This document shows, piece after piece, positions 17,031 through 24,649 of a stretch of 64,000 nt of DNA. How positions within the stretch are numbered: the first letter of the stretch is position 1; every line of letters starts with the position of its first letter. Made by a program: the position numbers and the translations under genes. The DNA is from a phage: the NCBI GenBank assembly GCA_033648345.1, contig GCA_033648345.1_4121.1; one strand, 5' to 3'. A model generated the notes under the pieces. The model ran no database searches. It worked only from the letters and a program-made list of their open reading frames with translations, and had not been told where the DNA came from.

Positions 17031-17300
17031 ATGAAAAATATCAGTACTTTAATTGATGCAGGTACACATGTTCGGCGGTCTATGGTTGCAACCAGTACTA
17101 CAAAACAAGTAGCAAGCGGTTATCTTGTATTTGTGCACGATGGAAAACTCCTGGAACGTTCAATCAATTTTGATGTTAAAAACAATTGCCGTTTTATTAT
17201 TTTTAAGCGTGAACAATATAAAATTGATTTACCAGCGAAGCCCATTAGCGGGGCGTATAACGTCTATTCATTGTTTGAGCGTCAACCATACACCTATTAA
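17031..17300 (+). CDS. Hypothetical protein (89 aa)
   Basis: SD AAGAGGA; upstream inverted repeat TGCAGA...TCTGCA. Confidence 0.6.
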   Translation: MKNISTLIDAGTHVRRSMVATSTTKQVASGYLVFVHDGKLLERSINFDVKNNCRFIIFKREQYKIDLPAKPISGAYNVYSLFERQPYTY

Positions 17301-17351
17301 TCAAAACATCGTTAGCGGTCGATTTAGGCCGCTTATATTGGGGATTATACC

Positions 17352-17624
17352 ATGAACGTTAATCAAGTACTGAATGAGATCGAAAGCATCATTAAACCAA
17401 TGAAACGCATTGATGCTATGTTAACACCGGAAGAATGCCGCCTTTATGAGCGTTACAGCGTCGAACAAGTCCAGGCAATGGCTATGGCTACCCCAGCCGT
17501 TAAACAGCCTGAGAACGCGTTACAGGACGTTACAGGGGATTATATCATCAATCCAGTACTAGGGAAGATGGCGGCAATCACCGAAGATCAACAAGACTAC
17601 TTAAGCCAGTACTTAAAAGGTTAA
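17352..17624 (+). CDS. Hypothetical protein (90 aa)
   Basis: ORF with SD GGGGA. Confidence 0.6.
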   Translation: MNVNQVLNEIESIIKPMKRIDAMLTPEECRLYERYSVEQVQAMAMATPAVKQPENALQDVTGDYIINPVLGKMAAITEDQQDYLSQYLKG

Positions 17625-17629
17625 TTAAT

Positions 17630-17839
17630 ATGCTTACTGTACAGGATAAGATCGACATCTTAAAGGTTAATATGTATGTGATTGATGCCGTACCTGGTAA
17701 AGTATTTGCATACGATGACACTACTGTAAGCGATTTCTACTATAGCCAGGCCGTGGGGGATCTTTCTGTACAGTCGGTTATTGAAAACGTAGTTAATGCA
17801 GCGTATGAGCATTTACTTTCAAATAGTACTTGCAATTAG
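17630..17839 (+). CDS. Hypothetical protein (69 aa)
   Basis: ORF whose 3' end overlaps the next promoter. Confidence 0.55.
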   Translation: MLTVQDKIDILKVNMYVIDAVPGKVFAYDDTTVSDFYYSQAVGDLSVQSVIENVVNAAYEHLLSNSTCN

Positions 17840-17857
17840 TTTTTAAACGCGTATAAT
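17830..17857 (+). promoter_or_regulatory. Class-I early promoter
   Basis: TTGCAA-16-TATAAT; hairpin GGGGAGAAATGATTCTCCCC follows. Confidence 0.6.
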
Positions 17858-17908
17858 GTTTTACATGAAGGGGAGAAATGATTCTCCCCACTAATTAAGG
17901 AATATGAA

Positions 17909-18055
17909 ATGAAAGCATCAAAAAAGAGTAATACTAAGAAAGCACGTTCACCTTTCGCTGGGGTATTCCCTTTACGTTTCGTTGATGAAGTGGTTTCCTA
18001 CCCGCCGGGCCTTACTCCTGAGATGGTAGAAAGTTTGCGTAAATCTAAAAAATAG
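17909..18055 (+). CDS. Small basic protein (48 aa, absent from ORF track)
   Basis: Manual translation MKASKKSNTKKARSPFAG... with SD AAGGAA. Confidence 0.5.
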   Translation: MKASKKSNTKKARSPFAGVFPLRFVDEVVSYPPGLTPEMVESLRKSKK

Positions 18056-18058
18056 TAC

Positions 18059-18086
18059 TTGCAATTAGTTTTTAAACGCGTATAAT
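18059..18086 (+). promoter_or_regulatory. Class-I early promoter
   Basis: TTGCAA-16-TATAAT; hairpin at 18099-18118. Confidence 0.6.
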
Positions 18087-18136
18087 GTTTTACATAGAGG
18101 GGAGAAATGGTTCTCCCCAATAACAGGAGAATCAAA

Positions 18137-18289
18137 ATGAAACAATACAATGCTCGGTTTGATGTTACTATCGGCAACGGCAAAGGTCAATTTTCTTTCA
18201 GTACTCGCCGCAGTTATACAGAAAACTTCCTGCGTAATTGTGCACTGACCGCCGCACAAATTAAACATTACTTCCAGGCTAAAAAATGA
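18137..18289 (+). CDS. Small hypothetical protein (50 aa)
   Basis: Start moved to MKQYNARF after SD AGGAGAA. Confidence 0.6.
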   Translation: MKQYNARFDVTIGNGKGQFSFSTRRSYTENFLRNCALTAAQIKHYFQAKK

Positions 18290-18375
18290 AATCATTAGCT
18301 TATTACAGTTCAGCGGTGATCGGTGCATTGATCGCGGCATTGTTAGTAACCTATCTATTCTTTATGGTGATTTAA
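18286..18375 (+). CDS. Tiny hydrophobic membrane peptide (29 aa)
   Basis: ATGA-coupled ORF MKSLAYYSSAVIGALIAALLVTYLFFMVI; a single TM-length hydrophobic stretch. Confidence 0.45.
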   Translation: MKSLAYYSSAVIGALIAALLVTYLFFMVI

Positions 18376-18510
18376 ATGAATCCTAACGGTTTAATTTACA
18401 GTACTCCTAAAACGAAAGCAGATAAAGCGAAAGCACGTAAAGCGAAAGTAAAGGAGTACATTAAGCAAGGCATGACGCGAAAGGCGGCAGTACTGAAAGC
18501 TAAAAAATAA
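18376..18510 (+). CDS. Small Lys-rich basic protein (44 aa)
   Basis: Manual translation MNPNGLIYSTPKTKADKAKARKAKVKEY... Confidence 0.45.
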   Translation: MNPNGLIYSTPKTKADKAKARKAKVKEYIKQGMTRKAAVLKAKK

Positions 18511-18520
18511 ATGAAAAAAG

Positions 18521-18550
18521 TGGTTGACTTCGGTCAGCCATTTTGCTATT
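18521..18550 (+). terminator. Rho-independent terminator
   Basis: TGGTTGAC-TTCG-GTCAGCCA followed by TTTTGCTATTAT. Confidence 0.7.
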
Positions 18551-18645
18551 ATATATTCATTGAGAGATAGCTCACTAGCCCACCGGGTGCATAAGTGTAT
18601 CTATTATATAAGTATTGAGTACTGAAAACTATTTTTAAAAAGTAC

Positions 18646-18673
18646 TTGCAAACTATCTCAATAAGCGTATAAT
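18646..18673 (+). promoter_or_regulatory. Class-I early promoter
   Basis: TTGCAA-16-TATAAT. Confidence 0.6.
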
Positions 18674-18724
18674 GTTTTACATCGAAAGGGGAAACGGTTT
18701 CCCCTGGTAATAAGGAAACAAATC

Positions 18725-19066
18725 ATGACTATTGCAATTGCTCAATCTAACTTTGAAAATGAAATCATCGCCCAGGCACTGCGTTTAAATGATGGTCGGG
18801 CCGAAATTAATTACGGTTTCAATTCAGGCGGTTGTGAAAAATATCAGTACTTTGTAACTGCTGATGGCGGTGTCCTGGGCATCAATACCGTTATTGTAAA
18901 CATTCAGAAAATTAATTTCAATGATCCAGACGATAGCCAGTTTTACATTGTAGGCGTAGACGTGAACTATGAGGATGACTCACTAACTGATGATCACACT
19001 GGCGAGCGGTTAGAAAGTGCATACGGTGAAGATGATTATCAGTCCGGTCCAGAAGATTTCGAATAA
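18725..19066 (+). CDS. Hypothetical acidic protein (113 aa)
   Basis: ORF after promoter, hairpin GGGGAAACGGTTTCCCC and SD AAGGAA. Confidence 0.7.
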   Translation: MTIAIAQSNFENEIIAQALRLNDGRAEINYGFNSGGCEKYQYFVTADGGVLGINTVIVNIQKINFNDPDDSQFYIVGVDVNYEDDSLTDDHTGERLESAYGEDDYQSGPEDFE

Positions 19067-19079
19067 TATAAAAAATAGT

Positions 19080-19107
19080 TTGACAATAGATTATAGTACT
19101 GTATAAT
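19080..19107 (+). promoter_or_regulatory. Class-II early promoter
   Basis: TTGACA-16-TATAAT. Confidence 0.6.
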
Positions 19108-19157
19108 TAATTACATCAAGGGGAGAATAGTTCTCCCCAACTAAGAGGAAAAAGAAA

Positions 19158-19340
19158 ATGGCTGAATTAATCGCTCGGAATACAATTGCAGGCGTTGAAG
19201 ATGTAACATTATCATATGATTCAGATAAACAAGTTTACGTCGTTCGTTATGGTCTGATTGGTGTTAACGTTGATTATATTGATGAAGCCTTTGAAAAATA
19301 CTTTGAATTTATTAATATGGCTTATAATGATTATCGTTAA
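19158..19340 (+). CDS. Hypothetical early protein (60 aa)
   Basis: Promoter, hairpin GGGGAGAATAGTTCTCCCC, SD AAGAGGA. Confidence 0.65.
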   Translation: MAELIARNTIAGVEDVTLSYDSDKQVYVVRYGLIGVNVDYIDEAFEKYFEFINMAYNDYR

Positions 19341-19348
19341 AAAATAGT

Positions 19349-19376
19349 TTGACAATAGATTATAGTACTGTATAAT
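19349..19376 (+). promoter_or_regulatory. Class-II early promoter
   Basis: TTGACA-16-TATAAT. Confidence 0.6.
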
Positions 19377-19430
19377 AGTTTACATCAAGGGGAGAAAAAC
19401 TTCTCCCCACTAACAGAGAGAGAAAACAAA

Positions 19431-19643
19431 ATGGCTAATATCTGCACTGTACTGAAAAATGCAAAACAAGTTTTATTTTCTGATCACGATCATTTAAACA
19501 AGGATATTACGGGCGTTCGGAATATCAAAGATGTAAAAAGTGTTATGGGTATCTATTGCAATATGAAACGTGTCGGCACGTTCGGCGATAAAGTACTATA
19601 CCAGGCAGGGGATTATAACTTCACATTAACCATCATCAATTAA
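19431..19643 (+). CDS. Hypothetical early protein (70 aa)
   Basis: Promoter, hairpin GGGGAGAAAAACTTCTCCCC, SD. Confidence 0.65.
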   Translation: MANICTVLKNAKQVLFSDHDHLNKDITGVRNIKDVKSVMGIYCNMKRVGTFGDKVLYQAGDYNFTLTIIN

Positions 19644-19733
19644 AATATATTACCAGTACTATTGACAACGTTTGATAGTACTGTATAATAAGTTTTATAA
19701 ACAGTAGTTAACTTAACCTAAGAGAGAAACAAA

Positions 19734-19877
19734 ATGATCGCACTGGATTCATTCATCGACGCAGTACTGGCAAAAACTGGCGAGGATCTGACCGCAGAAC
19801 AATACGCGATGATCGAGCAATGTCAGCAAAACGGTAAATCGGTGAAAGATACTGTTAAGATTATCCGCAAGATGTAA
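19734..19877 (+). CDS. Small hypothetical protein (47 aa, absent from ORF track)
   Basis: Manual translation MIALDSFIDAVLAKTGEDL... after class-II promoter near 19663. Confidence 0.5.
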   Translation: MIALDSFIDAVLAKTGEDLTAEQYAMIEQCQQNGKSVKDTVKIIRKM

Positions 19878-19883
19878 TATTAT

Positions 19884-19912
19884 AGCCCACTGGTTAACGC
19901 TGGTGGGCTTTA
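19884..19912 (+). terminator. Terminator-like hairpin
   Basis: AGCCCAC-12 nt-GTGGGCT followed by TTTAATCATTT. Confidence 0.5.
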
Positions 19913-19976
19913 ATCATTTACCCTATACAATGCCAGTACTCAACCGTTTATCTCGTTAGAATGCGTTACAGGACGT

Positions 19977-20180
19977 TTGACAATGATTAGCATGAAATCA
20001 GTACAAAAACAAATAGAAACATTATCAAAAATTAAACGTAAACAATACTCCTTAGAATATACAATCAATGGTAACTATCATCTAATGAAAGAAAATAATT
20101 TTATAGTCATTGATGAATCATTGCAAATTATTAGTATAGTACTGAAAGCATTAATCAATGACAGAAAAAAATTAAAATAA
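19977..20180 (+). CDS. Hypothetical AT-rich ORF (67 aa)
   Basis: Track ORF; weak SD, so low confidence. Confidence 0.35.
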   Translation: MTMISMKSVQKQIETLSKIKRKQYSLEYTINGNYHLMKENNFIVIDESLQIISIVLKALINDRKKLK

Positions 20181-20183
20181 TTG

Positions 20184-20212
20184 TTGACATACAATGCCAG
20201 TACTGGCATAAT
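20184..20212 (+). promoter_or_regulatory. Promoter with conserved leader (candidate small RNA)
   Basis: TTGACA-17-CATAAT followed by ACATCAAGACGAGAACGTCACTAACCCATAGGGTGCACAAATGTAACTAT; no ORF for ~300 bp. Confidence 0.5.
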
Positions 20213-20274
20213 ACTTACATCAAGACGAGAACGTCACTAACCCATAGGGTGCACAAATGTAACTATATAATATC

Positions 20275-20347
20275 GATCAATAAATGATCAAAAAAGTACT
20301 GGATCAATTTAGCATAAGGAGTATAATTCTGATCAATTCTTGATCAA
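20275..20347. repeat. Cluster of five GATCAA sites including palindrome TTGATCAA
   Basis: GATCAA at 20275, 20286, 20302, 20331, 20342 upstream of the TraR-like gene. Confidence 0.7.
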
Positions 20348-20508
20348 AGGCAATATACGCAGTTGAATTTATATAGACAGTACAAAGGCGTTACTATCCG
20401 TGGTAATGCTGGTGGATATGTAGTATCATATGGTTTGAATAAGATTAGCACTAGTAGTATTATTGTAGCATTACAGTACTATAGTATTTTTATAATGAGG
20501 TTAAAATA

Positions 20509-20766
20509 ATGGCTGTTGGATTCGCGAAGGACGGGGCCGAGCAAGACGAGATTAACGCAGTGATTCAGGCCGCTGTAAACCACGCTAGAAAGCAAATTAA
20601 CGCACAAAGAGAATCACTGGTACATTGCCTCGACTGCGGCGATAAAATCCCTGAGAATCGACGCCAGGCCGTTATAGGGTGCATGTATTGTATTACTTGC
20701 CAGGAGGATCATGATAGTACTTTTAAAAGAGATCCGCGTAATTGTTGGCATAGATCTATGAGATAA
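20509..20766 (+). CDS. TraR/DksA-family C4 zinc-finger protein
   Basis: RKQINA...HCLDCGDKIPENRR...CMYCITCQ fits the TraR pattern C-x2-CG-x-IPE-x-RR ... C-x2-CQ. Confidence 0.8.
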   Translation: MAVGFAKDGAEQDEINAVIQAAVNHARKQINAQRESLVHCLDCGDKIPENRRQAVIGCMYCITCQEDHDSTFKRDPRNCWHRSMR

Positions 20767-20773
20767 AAAGTAA

Positions 20774-20801
20774 TTGACAGTACTGAAAGATAGTGTATAA
20801 T
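20774..20801 (+). promoter_or_regulatory. Early promoter with extended -10
   Basis: TTGACA-16-TGTATAAT. Confidence 0.6.
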
Positions 20802-20830
20802 GTTTTATATCTTAACTGAGGATTGAAATC

Positions 20831-21187
20831 ATGGGTATTCAACACATCACGCGTACTACTGACAATGGCGAGATCACTGGTTATCAGGTACAGGGCAAAG
20901 TAGCACAATTGCAGTACTGGTTTGTTAAACGTGGAATCATTGCACCGGATCTTGATTATGACCGTGTAGCGTTTATTGATTCTCTTTATGTTGATCCTGA
21001 TAGTCGGGGCAATGGTGAAGGTAACGAATTAATGAATGCCTTTATTGATGCCGCCGATGATTCAGATTGTATCATCTTAGAATGCGATACGGGAGAAGAT
21101 AACGCCTTTAATCTTAAAGAATGGTACGAAGGCTTCGGATTCGAGGTATTGATAGATAGTGAATATCCTATCATGATTTTATCATAG
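20831..21187 (+). CDS. Putative GNAT-like acetyltransferase (weak)
   Basis: VDPDSRGNGEGNELMNAF resembles the GNAT acetyl-CoA-binding motif; 118 aa. Confidence 0.45.
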   Translation: MGIQHITRTTDNGEITGYQVQGKVAQLQYWFVKRGIIAPDLDYDRVAFIDSLYVDPDSRGNGEGNELMNAFIDAADDSDCIILECDTGEDNAFNLKEWYEGFGFEVLIDSEYPIMILS

Positions 21188-21190
21188 TAC

Positions 21191-21219
21191 TTGCATTTAG
21201 TTTTCAGTACTGTTATAGT
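21191..21219 (+). promoter_or_regulatory. Early promoter
   Basis: TTGCAT-17-TATAGT; hairpin GGGGAAACATCTTCCCC follows. Confidence 0.5.
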
Positions 21220-21266
21220 ACTTGCATCAAGGGGAAACATCTTCCCCTACTAAGAGGAAATAAAAA

Positions 21267-21455
21267 ATGGAAAACTTATCAAGTATTTTAGTACAAGATG
21301 ATTTCGGTAATCCTGGAAGTGCTATCATTGTTCGGGGCAATAAAGCAACGTTTGTTATTGCTGGTGGACCCGTACAGCGTAGCATTAAAAATAATGCTGT
21401 TACCATTAATAATGTACGCTATCGCTTAGATAAAGAATTAATTCATAAACTGTAA
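21267..21455 (+). CDS. Hypothetical early protein (62 aa)
   Basis: ORF with SD AAGAGGAAA. Confidence 0.6.
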   Translation: MENLSSILVQDDFGNPGSAIIVRGNKATFVIAGGPVQRSIKNNAVTINNVRYRLDKELIHKL

Positions 21456-21482
21456 TATTAATTTAATAGAGGATAACAATAA

Positions 21483-21806
21483 ATGTACATTCATACTACT
21501 ATCACAAAGGAAGTCCGTTGCCAGTTCGAAAGTATTCCGGGCGTATGTTTCATCACTGGTACGTTTTCCCCTGGTGATCGTGATAATCCAGTACTGTTAC
21601 AATTACGCCATCCATCATGGGATAAAGCATTTGATCTACCGTTGAATGAATTCGCAACTACTGCTGAAAAGTACATTAAAAATATTCGCGAGAATGATCG
21701 ACTATTCATTAATGCTTTTAGTGATTCCGCGTTAAGCGAGATCCACGGCGTATTGGTTGCAATCATGGAATCAATGCAGAAAACTAAATTCAAACAAGGT
21801 GAATAA
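21483..21806 (+). CDS. Hypothetical protein (107 aa)
   Basis: ORF with SD AGAGGA. Confidence 0.6.
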   Translation: MYIHTTITKEVRCQFESIPGVCFITGTFSPGDRDNPVLLQLRHPSWDKAFDLPLNEFATTAEKYIKNIRENDRLFINAFSDSALSEIHGVLVAIMESMQKTKFKQGE

Positions 21807-21812
21807 AAACTA

Positions 21813-21840
21813 TTGACAATGCAATCCAGTACTGTATAAT
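21813..21840 (+). promoter_or_regulatory. Class-II early promoter
   Basis: TTGACA-16-TATAAT; hairpin GGGGAGAAATGATTCTCCCC follows. Confidence 0.6.
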
Positions 21841-21889
21841 AGTTTACATGAAGGGGAGAAATGATTCTCCCCACTAAGAGGAAAGAAAA

Positions 21890-22102
21890 ATGCAAGGTCA
21901 ACTAATCGTTCGTAAATGGTCTGATACTAACGAAAAACCGTGGGATGTACAATACATCGCCCCAAATGGTGAATCCAGATATCAACCAGGTGTAACGCAT
22001 AGTACTGAGCAATTCGCCGCCGCTCATCGCGAACGTCTGTTACAATCAATGCAGCAAGGTTCCGGTGAAAAATTCATTCAGGATCATTGGCTGAAAGATT
22101 AA
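21890..22102 (+). CDS. Hypothetical early protein (70 aa)
   Basis: ORF with SD AAGAGGAAA. Confidence 0.65.
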   Translation: MQGQLIVRKWSDTNEKPWDVQYIAPNGESRYQPGVTHSTEQFAAAHRERLLQSMQQGSGEKFIQDHWLKD

Positions 22103-22108
22103 AAAGTA

Positions 22109-22137
22109 CTTGCACTGTACTGAATAAAGTGTATAAT
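22109..22137 (+). promoter_or_regulatory. Class-I early promoter
   Basis: TTGCAC-17-TATAAT. Confidence 0.55.
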
Positions 22138-22188
22138 GTTTTATATCGGAAGGGGAATAGTTCCCCTCCGAACAAAGAGGAAAGTATA

Positions 22189-22362
22189 ATGGTCCAGGTA
22201 GAATTAACAGTACTGAAAGATCTGTTTTATCGGATTGGTACTACTGGCGAATATCCGAAGGGTGATAATGCAAAACTTTACGTATCACTCGACTTATGGC
22301 AACGCGAACAATTAGCAACGGCCTGGCGTAAAGGCAAAGCAGATCGAGAGGTGAAAGCATGA
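22189..22362 (+). CDS. Hypothetical early protein (57 aa)
   Basis: Start moved to MVQVEL after hairpin GGAAGGGGAATAGTTCCCCTCC and SD. Confidence 0.55.
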   Translation: MVQVELTVLKDLFYRIGTTGEYPKGDNAKLYVSLDLWQREQLATAWRKGKADREVKA

Positions 22363-22508
22363 AAGAATTCTTATTTGAAGTAGTGTTTCAAGGTGTCGGC
22401 AATAACCAACTGATTCGATCAAGTGGTTATAATGTTAACCAGGCATGGAATAACATTAAACAAATGTACCCGAACGCTATCACATATCGCAACCCGAAAG
22501 AAGTTTAA
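22359..22508 (+). CDS. Small hypothetical protein (49 aa, absent from ORF track)
   Basis: ATGA-coupled ORF MKEFLFEVVFQGVGNN... Confidence 0.45.
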   Translation: MKEFLFEVVFQGVGNNQLIRSSGYNVNQAWNNIKQMYPNAITYRNPKEV

Positions 22509-22518
22509 AAATAATTGA

Positions 22519-22555
22519 AAAAGGGATTGACTCCGGTCAGTCCCTTTGCTATTAT
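22519..22555 (+). terminator. Terminator hairpin with embedded promoter-like TTGACT
   Basis: AAGGGATTGAC-TCCG-GTCAGTCCCTT followed by TGCTATTATAT. Confidence 0.7.
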
Positions 22556-22655
22556 ATACGCATAGAAACAAATTAGCCCACCGGGTGCATAAATGTATCT
22601 ATTGTTTGCTGGTGGCTAGTACTATCAAGTACTGAAAACTATTTTTAAAAAGTAC

Positions 22656-22683
22656 TTGCAAAGTATCACGATAAGCGTATAAT
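22656..22683 (+). promoter_or_regulatory. Class-I promoter P1 with structured leader
   Basis: TTGCAA-16-TATAAT followed by ACATCAGGACGGGGAACGAAACAAGTAACCCCG... Confidence 0.55.
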
Positions 22684-22771
22684 GTTTTACATCAGGACGG
22701 GGAACGAAACAAGTAACCCCGTTAAGTAGTCCAGGAGTAAGACATACGAAAAACTCCCCTGATAAAATAGT

Positions 22772-22799
22772 TTGACAATAGAAAGTAAACGAGTATAAT
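22772..22799 (+). promoter_or_regulatory. Promoter P2
   Basis: TTGACA-16-TATAAT. Confidence 0.55.
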
Positions 22800-22832
22800 A
22801 CTTACATCAACCACTGATAAGGAAACATTAAA

Positions 22833-23108
22833 ATGCGGATTCTACTGACAGCTAACGAAATCGAACAAGTACTGACTACTAACCTGGAAGACTGGAAACG
22901 TGAAGCAGATATCCAGGCGGTTCAATGGCTTAACGATAAGTTAACGCCGGATGACTTAAGCAAGATTGTAGATCCTCAATTCTACGAAGATATTCACGAC
23001 ACCGCGTTAAGCGTCGAGGATGTACTTGATAAGCACTACATTGATACTGATTTACATGTTTACGGTCGTAAAAACTTTATCACTATTCACGACATTTACA
23101 ATACTTAA
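22833..23108 (+). CDS. Hypothetical acidic early protein (91 aa)
   Basis: ORF after tandem promoters; SD AAGGAAA. Confidence 0.7.
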   Translation: MRILLTANEIEQVLTTNLEDWKREADIQAVQWLNDKLTPDDLSKIVDPQFYEDIHDTALSVEDVLDKHYIDTDLHVYGRKNFITIHDIYNT

Positions 23109-23111
23109 GTA

Positions 23112-23139
23112 TTGACAAAGTATCTTAGTACTGTATAAT
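23112..23139 (+). promoter_or_regulatory. Class-II promoter (duplicated cassette, copy 1)
   Basis: TTGACA-16-TGTATAAT; whole ~90-bp cassette repeated at 23377..23468. Confidence 0.6.
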
Positions 23140-23196
23140 AGTTTACATCAAGTGAGGGGAAACGGTTCCCCTCCTAACAAAGAGAGAGAAATAAAA

Positions 23197-23379
23197 ATGG
23201 CTAAGTGCACTATCTGCAAGAAAGAAATAGTATTAGTTCCAAGTGCCCGTGAACGTGCCGCTCGGTTTGGTGGCAAAGCGTCAGACTATACAAAAATGTT
23301 TACTGCCCATACAGCTTGCCAGGTAGCAAAACGTTCACAAGAAAGCGTAGAATTAATGCGTAAACTTTCCAAAAAATAA
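23197..23379 (+). CDS. Small CxxC protein (60 aa)
   Basis: Start moved to MAKCTICKKE; second Cys pair near the C-terminus. Confidence 0.6.
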   Translation: MAKCTICKKEIVLVPSARERAARFGGKASDYTKMFTAHTACQVAKRSQESVELMRKLSKK

Positions 23380-23381
23380 GT

Positions 23382-23409
23382 ATTGACAAAGTATCTTAGT
23401 ACTGTATAA
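23382..23409 (+). promoter_or_regulatory. Class-II promoter (duplicated cassette, copy 2)
   Basis: Identical to the promoter at 23112. Confidence 0.6.
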
Positions 23410-23465
23410 TAGTTTACATCAAGTGAGGGGAAACGGTTCCCCTCCTAACAGAGAGAGAAATAAAA

Positions 23466-23789
23466 ATGGCTATGATCCTTACCCAGAAAGTGGAATTGAA
23501 AATTGTAACCTCCTTTGACATTAAAGTTAATCGGTGGACTGATTCACACGGCAATACTTACCACTCTTGCTACGTGTCTGCGTTAATTGGCGACCGCTGG
23601 GAAGACCTGGGACACGAAACCTTTACATACGGTTACGGTACGCAAGGCGAATACACTGGTTTGGAGATCATTAAAGAAACCGTTATAGGTTTCAACCCGA
23701 AAGAAAAAGTTATTCACCGCATCGAAAAAGAGATTAACAAAGAAATAACAGTTCGCTACTACGATGTAAAACGTAAGAAAGACATGTAA
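23466..23789 (+). CDS. Hypothetical early protein; paralog of 16606..16950
   Basis: Shared GNTY...YGYG...DVKRKKD motifs. Confidence 0.7.
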   Translation: MAMILTQKVELKIVTSFDIKVNRWTDSHGNTYHSCYVSALIGDRWEDLGHETFTYGYGTQGEYTGLEIIKETVIGFNPKEKVIHRIEKEINKEITVRYYDVKRKKDM

Positions 23790-23811
23790 TAGAATCCATT
23801 TAAAGTACTAT

Positions 23812-23840
23812 TTGACATTGCCCAGATAGTACTTTATAAT
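23812..23840 (+). promoter_or_regulatory. Class-II early promoter
   Basis: TTGACA-17-TATAAT. Confidence 0.6.
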
Positions 23841-23884
23841 AGACTCTAACTTGTAGTACTAACTCAACTAATAGGATGTATACC

Positions 23885-24280
23885 ATGATTACTAAATTCT
23901 ACGCTACCCGTGAAGCTGCCCGTATTGTTGCACGCGAGGAAGGAGCAGCATTTAAAGACATGGGAACGACAGCACCGAAAGGTCAACGCTGGGCCGTACA
24001 GTTCAAAGAAATCTCTGATATTGTGAATTCACCTGAGCCAGTACTGACAGCAGCAGAACTAAAACGAGCGGATATGCTGGCGGCAATACTTGACGCACAA
24101 GATGAGTTTATCGCTGATTCTGATATCAAAGTACAGGTAAACCACACCGCATGGACTCACGCGGATCACCTGGCAAACCTTAAGCGTCCAAGTGAACTGA
24201 TTCGCAACCAGAAAGAGATCCGACATGATCGTAAGGGTAATCGTGTAACAGTATACAGTAAACGCCGCCAGGTTATCTAA
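23885..24280 (+). CDS. Hypothetical protein; paralog of 10862..11128
   Basis: Start moved to MITKFYATREAARIVAREEG. Confidence 0.65.
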   Translation: MITKFYATREAARIVAREEGAAFKDMGTTAPKGQRWAVQFKEISDIVNSPEPVLTAAELKRADMLAAILDAQDEFIADSDIKVQVNHTAWTHADHLANLKRPSELIRNQKEIRHDRKGNRVTVYSKRRQVI

Positions 24281-24302
24281 TAACTTGCAGTACTAACAAC
24301 AC

Positions 24303-24328
24303 GGCGGGATCAGTTCCCGCCTTTTTTA
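24303..24328 (+). terminator. Rho-independent terminator
   Basis: GGCGGGATCAGTTCCCGCC followed by TTTTTT. Confidence 0.75.
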
Positions 24329-24341
24329 TAGGACAAACAAA

Positions 24342-24596
24342 ATGATTAAGGTTCAACTATATAAAGATAACATCTTACGGGTACACTATAAAGCACCGAA
24401 GAGAATCATCACAAAGGCCGTACAGCTTGCTAATGAGTTTATTAATGGTAACCTATTACCGAGGAAGTTAAGCAACGGGAAACTGCGTGTAATCGACGTG
24501 GACACTAACAACAGGATAGTAATCGAGAACACAGGAAAGATAAACCTTTATGAGCATCAACAATACAATAAGAAAATAAAACTAATATCACGTTGA
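24342..24596 (+). CDS. Hypothetical protein (84 aa)
   Basis: ORF with SD GGACAAACAAA. Confidence 0.55.
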   Translation: MIKVQLYKDNILRVHYKAPKRIITKAVQLANEFINGNLLPRKLSNGKLRVIDVDTNNRIVIENTGKINLYEHQQYNKKIKLISR

Positions 24597-24621
24597 CAGT
24601 ACTCAATTGTTTTAGTATTAT
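24593..24621 (+). promoter_or_regulatory. Promoter (duplicated cassette, copy 1)
   Basis: TTGACA-17-TATTAT; cassette repeated at 24869. Confidence 0.5.
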
Positions 24622-24649
24622 GTACACATACCAACACGGGAGAAACAAA

